From Candidatus Omnitrophota bacterium (GTDB lineage Bacteria; Omnitrophota; Gorgyraeia; Gygaellales; Profunditerraquicolaceae): a stretch of DNA of 61,777 nt. Both the position numbers and the translations under genes were made by a program. This document shows, one piece after another, positions 20,865 to 30,178 of the stretch; within the stretch, counting starts at the first letter, position 1; each line of letters begins with the position of its first letter. The notes below the pieces were generated by a model. It had not been told where the DNA came from, searched no databases, and saw only the letters and a list, made by a program, of their open reading frames with translations. The stretch spans positions 1-61,777 of the forward strand of contig JAZDPH010000035.1 in assembly GCA_043797735.1 (NCBI GenBank), read 5' to 3'.

Positions 20865-20910
20865 AACCATAATTAGTTGATTAGGCAGATAAATTATACG
20901 AGGGATTATT

Positions 20911-22998
20911 ATGGTTAAAACAAAAAAAGCTAAACCCGCAGTTAAGAAAAAGGCAGCGGTAAAAAAACCGGTTTCGAAAAAGGCGGTTTCCAAAACAACC
21001 AAGCCCAAACCGGCGCCAAAACCAAAGGTTAAGGCTGAGGTTAAGGTTAAGAAAACGGCTGTATTCAGTCCAAGGCCGCTGAAGCCGAGAAAGCAAAGCC
21101 ATCTCTTAAAAGAAGTTCCGGAGAAGAAGCCTGAAGCAGCCGTTACGGTAACAAAGCCGGTTATGCCCGTTGCGCCGCCGGTAGCGAAAGAGGCGGTACA
21201 GGAGAAGCCTGCCGCAGTTGTTATCCAGCCGCAGCTGAATGAACTGGAACTTGATTTGCCGATTACCGTTAAGGATTTGTCGGTTAAATTACAGGAGAAG
21301 TCTTCCGTTGTTATAAAGGCCCTGATGGGCATGGGGAAGATGATCGGGCTAAACCAGTCTCTTGATGAGGAGACGGTAGTAACAATCTGCCGGAAATTTA
21401 ACTTTAGCTTTAAAGAGGCGCCGGGAAGGGAAAAATTGGCCCTGGGGGCACACGAAGAAAAGGATGACCCCCGTTTTTTAAAACCAAGGGCGCCGATAGT
21501 AACATTTATGGGCCACGTTGACCACGGCAAGACCCTGTTGATGGACCAGATCAGAAAAACAAATGTCGTTGATTCCGAGCATGGCGGCATTACCCAGCAT
21601 ATCGGGGCATACCGGGTGAAATTGAGCCACGGAGAGATTACCTTTCTGGATACGCCGGGCCATGAGGCTTTTACTGCTATGCGTGCCCGCGGAGCAGGGG
21701 TAACCGACATAGTGGTTTTAGTAGTGGCTGCCGATGACGGGATTATGCCCCAGACCGAAGAGGCGATAGACCATGCGCGAGCAGCAGGCGTGCCGATTAT
21801 TGTCGCCATAAATAAAATTGATAAACCGCAGGCCGATATTGACAGAGTCAAGAAGCAGTTGGCCAAATTTGACCTGAGCCCCGAAGACTGGGGCGGCAAG
21901 ACCATTACCGTCTGTGTTTCCGCAAAGACTGCCGTAGGAATCGAAAATTTACTTGAGATGCTTCTTCTTGAGGCGCATATGCTGGAGTTAAAGTCTAATC
22001 CCAACAGAATTGCCCGCGGGGTGGTAATCGAAGCAAAGATAACCAAGGGCAGGGGCCCGGTATCAACATTATTGGTGCAGAATGGCACCTTGCGCCTGAA
22101 TGACAATGTTATCGCCGGGGATTTCCACGGCAAGGTCAGGGCGATGTTTGATGACCGGGGCCATTCTATCGTCTCTGCGGGGCCGGGAGTTCCGGTTGAG
22201 GTCCTTGGTATATCCGGGGTGCCTCAGGCCGGAGAGAGTTTTTTTGTTGTGGAGGATGAGAAGACAGCTAAAGGCCTGGCAGAAGGGCGCCAGGAGCAAA
22301 AAAAGCAAAGCCAGATGAAGTCGGCAAAGAGGATTAGCCTTGAGGATTTACATGCCCAGATACAGGCGGGCAAGATCAAGGAGCTGAGCCTGATCATTAA
22401 GTCTGATGTGCAGGGTTCTCTTGAGGCGATCAAGGATACCTTAAACAAACTCAATGTCTCGGAGATAAAATTAAATATCATGCATGCCGGAGTGGGGAAT
22501 ATCAATAACTCCGATGTTGTCCTGGCTATGGCAGCCAATGCGTTGATATTAGGGTTTAATATTGTGGCCGATGATTTAGCCAAGCAGACTGCGTTGAAGG
22601 AAGGCATTGAGATAAAGATATATAATATTATTTATGAGCTTGCCAATGATATAAAGGCGGCGGTAGAAGGGATGCTCGAGCCGAAGATTAAAAGAGTCTT
22701 TCTGGGTAAGGCAGAGGTAAGGAAGGTCTTTGACCTTACCAAAGCAGGCAGGGTCGCGGGCTGTTATATTACCAAAGGGAAAGTCAGCCGCCAAGGCATG
22801 GTTACTTTGGTTCGGGGCGGCCAGCCGGTTTTTGAAGGCAAAATCTCAGCGCTAAAACGTTTTAAAGATGACGTCCGGGAAGTCGCCGAAGGTTATGAAT
22901 GCGGCATTTCTTTAGACGGATTTAGCGACCTGCAACAAGGAGATATAATCGAGGCCTACGAGATAGAGAAGATAGCGCGTAAGTTAGAAAATCCGTAA
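20911..22998 (+). CDS. infB: translation initiation factor IF-2
   Basis: Lys/Pro-rich N-terminus and G domain motifs GHVDHGKT, DTPGH, NKID. Confidence 0.95.
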   Translation: MVKTKKAKPAVKKKAAVKKPVSKKAVSKTTKPKPAPKPKVKAEVKVKKTAVFSPRPLKPRKQSHLLKEVPEKKPEAAVTVTKPVMPVAPPVAKEAVQEKPAAVVIQPQLNELELDLPITVKDLSVKLQEKSSVVIKALMGMGKMIGLNQSLDEETVVTICRKFNFSFKEAPGREKLALGAHEEKDDPRFLKPRAPIVTFMGHVDHGKTLLMDQIRKTNVVDSEHGGITQHIGAYRVKLSHGEITFLDTPGHEAFTAMRARGAGVTDIVVLVVAADDGIMPQTEEAIDHARAAGVPIIVAINKIDKPQADIDRVKKQLAKFDLSPEDWGGKTITVCVSAKTAVGIENLLEMLLLEAHMLELKSNPNRIARGVVIEAKITKGRGPVSTLLVQNGTLRLNDNVIAGDFHGKVRAMFDDRGHSIVSAGPGVPVEVLGISGVPQAGESFFVVEDEKTAKGLAEGRQEQKKQSQMKSAKRISLEDLHAQIQAGKIKELSLIIKSDVQGSLEAIKDTLNKLNVSEIKLNIMHAGVGNINNSDVVLAMAANALILGFNIVADDLAKQTALKEGIEIKIYNIIYELANDIKAAVEGMLEPKIKRVFLGKAEVRKVFDLTKAGRVAGCYITKGKVSRQGMVTLVRGGQPVFEGKISALKRFKDDVREVAEGYECGISLDGFSDLQQGDIIEAYEIEKIARKLENP

Positions 22999-23072
22999 AT
23001 GGTAAATCGTAAATGGTAAATCGTAAATGGTAATTATTTAAAATTACGAATTACGATTTACGAATTACGAAT
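22993..23072. repeat. word-repeat hairpin (CGTAAAT/ATTTACG 7-mers)
   Basis: CCGTAAATGGTAAATCGTAAATGGTAAATCGTAAATGGTAA faces AAATTACGAATTACGATTTACGAATTACGAA. It overlaps the infB stop. Confidence 0.85.
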
Positions 23073-23077
23073 ATCCT

Positions 23078-24058
23078 ATGAAGAAACGAATACTAAGCGG
23101 GATGAGGCCGACAGGTAAGCTCCACCTGGGGCATCTGGTGGGGGCGCTGGAGAATTGGAAGAAACTGCAGGAGGACTATGATTGTTTCTTTATGGCCGCT
23201 GACTGGCATGCGTTGATGAGCGAATACCAGAATCCGCAAGAGCTAAAAGATAATATTATCGATAACCTTATAGATTGGCTTGCCTGCGGGGTTCTGCCCG
23301 AGAAGTCAACTATTTTTATCCAGTCGCATATAAAAGAGCACCTGGAGCTGTATATGGCGTTTTCACTGCTTACGCCGCTGGGCCTCCTGGAGCGTTGCCC
23401 CACCTATAAGGAGCAGCTGCGCGAACTAGCCAACCGCGATTTAAGCACTTACGGATTTCTGGGGTATCCGGTCTTGCAGGCGGCAGATATCCTGCTTTAT
23501 AAAGCAGAGGCCGTACCCGTAGGGAATGATCAGCTTCCGCATTTGGAACTAACCAGGCAGATTGCCAGAAGGTTTAACAATACCTATAATACTAAACTTT
23601 TTTCTGAGCCAAAGGCGCTGCTTACCCAGGCTAGCCGCCTCTTGGGACTTGATGGCCGCAAGATGAGCAAGAGTTATAATAATACAATCGCGCTCTCAGA
23701 GCCGCCGCAGGAGTTAAGAAGGAAGGTGCAGAGTATGTTTACCGACCCGCAGAGGATTAAGTTATCTGATGCGGGCCATCCGGAGGAATGCAACGTCTGT
23801 AATTACTACAGGGTATTTGCGCCGCAGAGAGAGGGTCAGGTCTGCCAGGACTGTAGTAATTCCAGGATTGGCTGCACCGGATGCAAGAAGGAACTGGCAG
23901 AGGTTTTAATTAAAATCTTGGAACCCATCCAAAAGAAAAGAAGAGAGCTTATGAAAGATAAGAAGCGCCTGAATGCTATATTAAAAGAAGGAGAGGTTAA
24001 GGCAGGCGCCGTTGCCTCAAAGACGATTGGCGAAGTAAAGGGATTCCTGAATATATAA
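23078..24058 (+). CDS. trpS: tryptophanyl-tRNA synthetase with C-terminal Cys-cluster
   Basis: Class I motifs (GKLHLGHL, KMSKS). Six Cys fall within residues 238-269. Confidence 0.95.
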   Translation: MKKRILSGMRPTGKLHLGHLVGALENWKKLQEDYDCFFMAADWHALMSEYQNPQELKDNIIDNLIDWLACGVLPEKSTIFIQSHIKEHLELYMAFSLLTPLGLLERCPTYKEQLRELANRDLSTYGFLGYPVLQAADILLYKAEAVPVGNDQLPHLELTRQIARRFNNTYNTKLFSEPKALLTQASRLLGLDGRKMSKSYNNTIALSEPPQELRRKVQSMFTDPQRIKLSDAGHPEECNVCNYYRVFAPQREGQVCQDCSNSRIGCTGCKKELAEVLIKILEPIQKKRRELMKDKKRLNAILKEGEVKAGAVASKTIGEVKGFLNI

Positions 24059-24825
24059 TGGCTTATAAGATAAAACTGGAGATATTTGAGGGCCCGCTGG
24101 ATTTATTGCTTTATCTGGTAAAAAAAGACCATCTCAATATCTACGATATCCCCATTTCCGAAGTTACCGAACAGTACCTACAATACCTTAATTTAATGCA
24201 GCTATTGGATTTGAATATCGCCGGAGAATTCCTGGTGATGGCAGCCACGCTTATGCAGATTAAATCAAAGATGCTCCTGCCTGCGGAGGAGTCGCCGCAG
24301 GATGGCCAAGAGCAGGAGGACCCGCGCGCGGAACTGATAAAACGCCTGCTTGAATACGAAAAGTTTAAAGAGATAGCCGCCTCCTTGAGGGAGAGAGAGG
24401 TTAATCAGAAGGAGGTCTTTAAGCGCCCCAAGACAGGTTTAGACAAGGATATCGTTAAGGGCGCAAGAGACGAAGTCTATTTTGAGGCCAGTATTTTTGA
24501 CCTGATCAATGCTTTTTCCCAGGCCTTAAAAGACATCCCCAAAGAGGTATTTTACGAAGTCATCAAGGATGAATTCACCATTGAAGAAAAAATCCATGAT
24601 ATACTGCATCTTTTACTGCTTGAGCCTTCTTTGAGGCTCTCGGATTTATTCAGCAGGGCCAAAAATAAAATTGAGATAGTCGTAACTTTCCTGGCAATAT
24701 TGGAACTGGTAAGGATGAAAGAGATTATCGCCTGTCAGGGCGAGGCCTTCAAGGAGATAGAAATTTCAAGGAACAGAGATAACATTATACCCTATGACAG
24801 AAGAAACCAGGCAGGCCCTGCTTAA
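24058..24825 (+). CDS. scpA: segregation and condensation protein A
   Basis: FEGPLDLLLYLVKK...I.I..VT.QYL N-terminus typical of ScpA. Confidence 0.85.
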   Translation: MAYKIKLEIFEGPLDLLLYLVKKDHLNIYDIPISEVTEQYLQYLNLMQLLDLNIAGEFLVMAATLMQIKSKMLLPAEESPQDGQEQEDPRAELIKRLLEYEKFKEIAASLREREVNQKEVFKRPKTGLDKDIVKGARDEVYFEASIFDLINAFSQALKDIPKEVFYEVIKDEFTIEEKIHDILHLLLLEPSLRLSDLFSRAKNKIEIVVTFLAILELVRMKEIIACQGEAFKEIEISRNRDNIIPYDRRNQAGPA

Positions 24826-25846
24826 GGGCAAGGACAGGCCAATAATAACTGACCTGAAGGAATCCGAAGAGGATTTGGTTCTTAATTTATCCCTTAGGCC
24901 CAAGAAACTATCTGAATTCGTCGGCCACAAGGAGATCGTGAATAATCTAAGGATTTGCGTGCAGGCGGCTAAACAGAGAAAAGAGCCGCTGGAGCATTTG
25001 CTTCTAAGCGGACCGCCGGGCTTAGGCAAGACTTCGCTTTCCTATATTATTGCCCATGAGATGAATACCAAGATTACCGCAACCAGCGGCCCTGCCATTG
25101 AGCGCGCGGGTGATTTAATCGGGATTCTAACCAACCTGGAGAATGGGGATATTCTTTTTATTGATGAGATTCATCGGCTTTCCAAGGTGGTGGAGGAGTT
25201 TTTATATCCGGCGATGGAGAGCTTTCAGATTGATTTCGTGATAGACAAGGGGCCGTACGCCAAGACCATTAAATTTAACTTGAAGCCTTTTACTTTGGTG
25301 GGCGCTACCACCAGGACCGGCCTGTTAGCTGCGCCCTTGCGCGGCAGGTTTGGGATATTCTATAATCTTGATTTTTACAAAGTCGAGGACTTAGCCAAAA
25401 TTATCAAGAACTCAGCCAGGGCCTTAGCCGTAGAGGTAGAGGCGCCGGCAGCAGAAGAGATCGCCCGGCGTTCCCGCGGCACGCCCCGGGTTGCGAACCG
25501 GCTGCTGCGCAGGGTCAGGGACTATGCTCAGGTGGCAGGAGTTAAAAGTATTAATGCCGATACCGCAGCCAGGACCCTTAATGAACTGGGAATTGACAGG
25601 GCGGGGTTAGATGATTTAGACCGCAAGGTTTTAAGGTCGGTTTTAGAGACTTATTCCGGAGGGCCGGTGGGGGTGGAGGCGCTGGCCGCCAGCCTGAACG
25701 AGGAGGTTGATACTATCGCCGATACCGTTGAGCCGTACCTTTTGAAAACCGGATATTTAAAGCGCACTGCGCGGGGGAGAGTGGCAACTAAGTGTGCCTT
25801 TGACCACTTCGGCATCAAATACGAAAAACAAACGGAATTGTTTTAA
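24794..25846 (+). CDS. ruvB: Holliday junction DNA helicase RuvB
   Basis: LRP..L.EFVGH, Walker A GPPGLGKT, DEIHRL and GTPRVANRLLRRVRD. Confidence 0.95.
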   Translation: MTEETRQALLKGKDRPIITDLKESEEDLVLNLSLRPKKLSEFVGHKEIVNNLRICVQAAKQRKEPLEHLLLSGPPGLGKTSLSYIIAHEMNTKITATSGPAIERAGDLIGILTNLENGDILFIDEIHRLSKVVEEFLYPAMESFQIDFVIDKGPYAKTIKFNLKPFTLVGATTRTGLLAAPLRGRFGIFYNLDFYKVEDLAKIIKNSARALAVEVEAPAAEEIARRSRGTPRVANRLLRRVRDYAQVAGVKSINADTAARTLNELGIDRAGLDDLDRKVLRSVLETYSGGPVGVEALAASLNEEVDTIADTVEPYLLKTGYLKRTARGRVATKCAFDHFGIKYEKQTELF

Positions 25847-25901
25847 TATAGATGGTTGGCGTCGCTATTTACGTCCGCCACAAAACTCAAAGGAGGTAAG
25901 A

Positions 25902-26744
25902 ATGGGGAAAACAAAGGCTAAAGAACCGTTGTTGGCGCTTTTTTTGTCCGTTATCCTGGTGGGTTTAGGCCAAGCTTACTCAAGCAAGGTCCTGCGCGGC
26001 GTATTATTTTTAGTTATCCGGGTATTATTGATTGCCGCCTGCCTGTATTTTATCCTAAGCCCCGCCGCAAAGATTAACCTTTTTCTCTATCTATTACTGC
26101 TTGCATCTCTGGCCTTTCAGATTTTTACCATCGTGGATGCTTATTTCTGCGCAAAGGCTTATAACAAGACAAGCCGCCTCAAGAGGGAAATTTCCCCGGG
26201 CAGGAGAATTTTCCTCATTGCCGCTATTGTATTAGCCATTTTTGTGTTCATTCCTTCGCATGCTATCCCTTTATATATCAAGGCCAATATAGTGCAGTCA
26301 ATGCGCATGCCGGATGCGGCGATGGAGCCGGTTTTAATGAAAGGGGATACCATATTTATCAATAAGGCCATTTATAGGAAAGCTAACCCTTTAAGGGCAG
26401 ATGTGGTTGTTTTTAAGAAACCTGACAAATTAAGTAATCTCTACCTTGCCAGGGTAATCGGGCTGCCCGGAGAAACAGTTGAGATTAGAAACGGAAAGGT
26501 TTTAATAAACGGCGCGGCCCTGTATGAGCCGGAGGCTGTGTCAAAGATATATTACGATAACCGGGGCACCAAGGGGCAGGAGGGCAGCCTGGTTAATGTT
26601 CCTGACGGCAGCTACTTTGTTCTCGGCGATAACAGCGTTGCCAGTAAAGACAGCAGGTTTTTCGGCTGCATCAGCAAAAAGTCAATAATCGGCAAGGCCT
26701 ATAAGATATTCCTGCCGCTTGACCGTTCCGGGGCGGTTAAATAA
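25902..26744 (+). CDS. lepB: signal peptidase I with extended multi-TM N-terminus
   Basis: S26 motifs (MEPVLMKGD, GDNSVASKDSRFFG). Start chosen at ATG 25902 behind AAAGGAGG. Confidence 0.85.
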   Translation: MGKTKAKEPLLALFLSVILVGLGQAYSSKVLRGVLFLVIRVLLIAACLYFILSPAAKINLFLYLLLLASLAFQIFTIVDAYFCAKAYNKTSRLKREISPGRRIFLIAAIVLAIFVFIPSHAIPLYIKANIVQSMRMPDAAMEPVLMKGDTIFINKAIYRKANPLRADVVVFKKPDKLSNLYLARVIGLPGETVEIRNGKVLINGAALYEPEAVSKIYYDNRGTKGQEGSLVNVPDGSYFVLGDNSVASKDSRFFGCISKKSIIGKAYKIFLPLDRSGAVK

Positions 26745-26782
26745 ACCCCGTTATAAAACCTATTGCTAACGGAGTGTCCCTA

Positions 26783-26833
26783 AAAGACTGTCCCCTCGGC
26801 GCCTAAAGAATCAGCGTAGAGGGGACAGTCTTT
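26783..26833 (+). terminator. 15-bp perfect hairpin after lepB
   Basis: AAAGACTGTCCCCTC (26783-26797) pairs with GAGGGGACAGTCTTT (26819-26833), with a 21-nt loop. Confidence 0.55.
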
Positions 26834-26856
26834 AATTGCAGGATATCAGGTTATCG

Positions 26857-26925
26857 GGTTATCCGGATGTGGATATCGGTGTATCGGGATATCAGGAAAT
26901 TATTTTTCCGGATACCCAGATATCC
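26857..26925 (+). repeat. left copy of 69-nt inverted repeat (GGWTATCN 8-mer words)
   Basis: The reverse complement of 30085-30153 matches at 67/69 positions, by manual alignment. Confidence 0.85.
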
Positions 26926-26935
26926 AGTTATATTT

Positions 26936-28300
26936 ATGTTTAAAAAACTATTCCTTATAATCTTATTTCTTTGCGCAGTGGCTCTTCTTATTATTGCCGG
27001 GCCGATACCGCTGTCAAAAAAACAGGAATTTGACACTATTGAGCCGTTGGCAAAAGATGAGCGCGTCTTGATTCTTGCACCCCATCCCGACGATGAGGCG
27101 ATAGCCACGGCCGGTGTGATCCAGCGGTCTTTGCAGGCGGGCATCCCGGTAAAAGTATGCTATTTAACAAACGGCGACTTCAACGAACTCTCTTATCTAT
27201 TGACACGGGTGAATATTGCTTTTTTTTCTGAAGATTTTATCCGCATGGGCAGGCAGAGAAGAAAAGAGGCCATCCGGGCGATGAATTACCTGGGCCTGCA
27301 TGACAGCGATCTGGTATTTTTGGGATACCCTGACTTCGGGACCTTAGAGATTATGCTTAAATATTGGGGCCAGGACCATCCCTTTGAACATCCGCTAACC
27401 CGGATTTCCAGGATTCCCTATCAGGAGGCGCTTTCTTATAACGCCCCATATGAAGGGGGGAGCATACTTGGCGACTTAGAAGCAGTGCTTTTTGACTTTA
27501 AGCCGACAAAGATTTTTGTTTCGCATCCTGCGGATACCAACGCTGATCATAGGGCGTTGTATTTATTTTTGCGCGTTGCTTTATGGAACCTTGCGGATAA
27601 AATAAAGGATCCGCAGGTCCTGCCGTATGTGGTACACGTAGCGGGCTGGCCGCGGCCAAAGGGTTATTATCCTAATCTTGAACTTAGCCTTCCGCAAAAT
27701 CTAAAAAGAGTACATTGGCGTACCCTGCCCTTAAAACCGCGGGAGGTCGAGATAAAACACAAGGCCATATCTTTGTATCCCAGCCAGGTCAGGTGCGATC
27801 CGCCTTATTTATATTCCTTCGCGCGAAAGAATGAGCTTTTCGGGGACTATCCGCCGCTTAAATTAAATAAGGCCGTTGGAGGCAAAGTAACCTGGCATTA
27901 TTTAGCGGATAGAGGCAGGATTAATGAAGAATCCAAAATTACCAGGCTCGCTTACACCATAAGGGGCAGCGATTTATTCATAAGGTTTAATATAAGGAGA
28001 GGGCTAAAGGAGCGCATTGACCTGATAGTTTTTCTTTTGGGTTACAGTAAACAAATGGAATTTTCTCAGATGCCTAAAATCCGCATTGATATTAACAAGG
28101 CAAAATTGATCTTACGCGACAAGGGAAAATACATTTCCATTGACGGGGCATATTTCAGGCACGGGGAGGAGGCCGGGTTGATCAAGGTTCCTTTGCCGGC
28201 GCTGGGGGATCCGGATTATATTCTTAGCTCTGCCACGGCAAAAATGCGGGATTTATCCCCCGATGAAATCAGCTGGCGTATTCTGGAGATAGAAAAATGA
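26936..28300 (+). CDS. PIG-L/LmbE-family N-deacetylase with uncharacterised C-terminal half
   Basis: Has an N-terminal TM helix, the LILAPHPDDEAI motif and HPADTNADH. About 200 C-terminal residues match nothing I recognise. The start immediately follows the left inverted repeat. Confidence 0.7.
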   Translation: MFKKLFLIILFLCAVALLIIAGPIPLSKKQEFDTIEPLAKDERVLILAPHPDDEAIATAGVIQRSLQAGIPVKVCYLTNGDFNELSYLLTRVNIAFFSEDFIRMGRQRRKEAIRAMNYLGLHDSDLVFLGYPDFGTLEIMLKYWGQDHPFEHPLTRISRIPYQEALSYNAPYEGGSILGDLEAVLFDFKPTKIFVSHPADTNADHRALYLFLRVALWNLADKIKDPQVLPYVVHVAGWPRPKGYYPNLELSLPQNLKRVHWRTLPLKPREVEIKHKAISLYPSQVRCDPPYLYSFARKNELFGDYPPLKLNKAVGGKVTWHYLADRGRINEESKITRLAYTIRGSDLFIRFNIRRGLKERIDLIVFLLGYSKQMEFSQMPKIRIDINKAKLILRDKGKYISIDGAYFRHGEEAGLIKVPLPALGDPDYILSSATAKMRDLSPDEISWRILEIEK

Positions 28301-28827
28301 AGGTATTGCTGCATACTTGCTGCGCGCCGTGTTTAATTCACCCCCTAGAGCGGCTAAGGGAGTGCGGCTGGGAGGTTAGCGCCATATTCTACAACCCTAA
28401 CATTCACCCTTTTGCGGAATATAACTTAAGAAAACAGGCGCTGGAGGAGTTTTGCAGGGTAACTCCTCTGGAGGTGTTTTATCCGGAGTATTTGCCTTCG
28501 GAATTCTTTCAGGCGGTTAACCTGATGGAAGAAAAGTCCCAACGTTGCCCGGTATGCTGGTTCCTGCGGCTTAACCGGACTGCTGAATTCGCCAAAAGCA
28601 AAGGTTTTGATGCCTTTACTAGCACTTTGCTGGCCAGTCCTTATCAGGACCAGCAGGCTCTTAAGAAAATCGCTTCCGATATTTCAAAAGAGAAGGGGAT
28701 AGAGTTTTTCTATGAAGATTTCCGTCCCGGGTTTAAGCGGGCGCACCAAATTGCCAGGGAATACAAGATTTATTGCCAGAATTATTGCGGCTGCGTCTAT
28801 TCGGAAATAGAAAGGCACAGAAAATAA
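28297..28827 (+). CDS. queH: epoxyqueuosine reductase QueH (DUF208)
   Basis: 176 aa with LLHTCCAPC near the N-terminus and a conserved Cys pattern (CPVC, CGC). It lies near queA and tgt. Confidence 0.8.
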   Translation: MKVLLHTCCAPCLIHPLERLRECGWEVSAIFYNPNIHPFAEYNLRKQALEEFCRVTPLEVFYPEYLPSEFFQAVNLMEEKSQRCPVCWFLRLNRTAEFAKSKGFDAFTSTLLASPYQDQQALKKIASDISKEKGIEFFYEDFRPGFKRAHQIAREYKIYCQNYCGCVYSEIERHRK

Positions 28828-28829
28828 AT

Positions 28830-30038
28830 ATGGGCAGTATCAGGAATTTTTTAGCTATGGCCGCGCCGTTAGTTTTTCGATTAAGATGCATAGTTTTTAT
28901 TACGGTTATCTTACTATCGACTATCGACTATCCCTGCCTGTCCGGCAGGCAGGGACTATCGACTACGTTTGCCGATACGCCGCAGCAGATACGGGTTCTG
29001 ATCCTGAAGGAGGCAGCTTCCTTCAACTTCAGGGTAAAGGGGCCGTATAAGATAACCGATGCCGCCCGAAAAGAGCGCCTGGCCGCAGGCAATAATTTAA
29101 ATACCACTGTAACAGCTTGCAATGACGGGATTATCATCGGGGCCAAGAGCTTTAAGTTTGCGCGCCTGCATTTCTTATCAGGGGGCTCGGCCGAGGCCAT
29201 AATAAACGGCCGCAGGTTCAGGGGGGATTTGGAATTTATAAAGAATAAAAATAACAGCCTCTCAATAGTAAATCATATTGACATTGAGGATTATATAAAG
29301 GGCATCTTGTATCATGAGGTTTCGCATTACTGGCCGATAGAGGTTCTAAAGGCCCAGACAATAGTCTGCCGCAGTTACGCAATGTATCAGAAGGAATCAA
29401 ACAAAGCCAGGGATTACGACCTCACCAGCGATATATATTCGCAGGTTTACGGCGGCAAGACTTCGGAGCGTTACCGCAGTAGTATAGCGGTTAGGGATAC
29501 GGGCGGGGCTATACTTACCTACAAGGGGAAGGTCCTTCCGGCCTTCTTCCACGCTACCTGCGCGGGCCATACCCAGGATGCCTCTTTAGTCTGGGACATA
29601 GACCTGCCCGCGCTTAAAGGGGTAAAGTGTGATTTCTGCGTAAAGTCGCCCCATTATAAATGGAATTACGTATTGCCCGTAAAAGAATTCGGGGGGAAGT
29701 TGAATGAATCCGGATACGTTGTTAAAGAAATAAAGCATATCGCTGACGCCGGCAGGGACAATTCCGGCCGGCTAACCGATGTGGAGATTGCTGCCTCGGG
29801 CGGTTTGCTAAAAATTCCGGCCAATAAGCTGCGCAGTATCTTAGGCCCCAATCTTATCAGGAGCACTAATTTTAGAGCCGATATCGTTGGCAGCGACGTA
29901 GTATTTGAAGGCCTGGGTTGGGGGCATGGCGTTGGTATGTGCCAGTGGGGGGCCTACTTCATGGCAAAAGAGGGCCGTGATTATAAAGATATACTTGTTT
30001 ATTATTACCCAGGCACGGAATTGCGGAATATTGATTAG
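28830..30038 (+). CDS. SpoIID/LytB-domain protein
   Basis: EDYIKGILYHEV..WP.EVLKAQTIVCRSYA and GHGVGMCQWGA motifs. The N-terminal anchor region contains an in-frame palindromic element. Confidence 0.8.
   Translation: MGSIRNFLAMAAPLVFRLRCIVFITVILLSTIDYPCLSGRQGLSTTFADTPQQIRVLILKEAASFNFRVKGPYKITDAARKERLAAGNNLNTTVTACNDGIIIGAKSFKFARLHFLSGGSAEAIINGRRFRGDLEFIKNKNNSLSIVNHIDIEDYIKGILYHEVSHYWPIEVLKAQTIVCRSYAMYQKESNKARDYDLTSDIYSQVYGGKTSERYRSSIAVRDTGGAILTYKGKVLPAFFHATCAGHTQDASLVWDIDLPALKGVKCDFCVKSPHYKWNYVLPVKEFGGKLNESGYVVKEIKHIADAGRDNSGRLTDVEIAASGGLLKIPANKLRSILGPNLIRSTNFRADIVGSDVVFEGLGWGHGVGMCQWGAYFMAKEGRDYKDILVYYYPGTELRNID
28911..28967 (+). repeat. palindromic element embedded in frame in the SpoIID-like CDS
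   Basis: ACTATCGACTATCGACTAT-CCCTGCCTG-TCCGG-CAGGCAGGG-ACTATCGACTACG. Homologous to 49907-49955. Confidence 0.8.
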
Positions 30039-30084
30039 CATTAGAAGGATATCCGGATATCGGGGTATCCGGTAGTGGGCATCA

Positions 30085-30153
30085 GGATATCTGGTTATCC
30101 GGAAAAATAATTTCCTGATATCCTGATACACCGATATCCACATCCGGATAACC
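30085..30153 (-). repeat. right copy of 69-nt inverted repeat
   Basis: See 26857-26925. Weaker similarity extends roughly 15-20 nt on each outer side. Confidence 0.85.
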
Positions 30154-30178
30154 TGATGCCCTGATATCCCTAAACGAT

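Noticed and set aside
20847-22133. 428-aa minus-strand ORF
   Set aside because: It lies entirely antisense to infB. The translation is low-complexity (Ser/Ala/Phe/Thr-rich) with no recognisable domain and no RBS. It is a shadow ORF of a strongly supported gene.
22993-23072. Possibility that the short tandem words (here and at 26841-26930, 19399-19495, etc.) are CRISPR arrays
   Set aside because: The units are 7-10 nt with no unique spacers, the arrays are under 50 nt, and each is mirrored by its complement. That is incompatible with CRISPR repeat-spacer structure.
29841-30143. 100-aa minus-strand ORF (MWISVYQDIRKLFF...) and the N-terminal 23 codons of ORF 26867
   Set aside because: Both begin with the same peptide only because they read the two copies of the 69-nt inverted repeat. 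There is no coding signal beyond the repeat.
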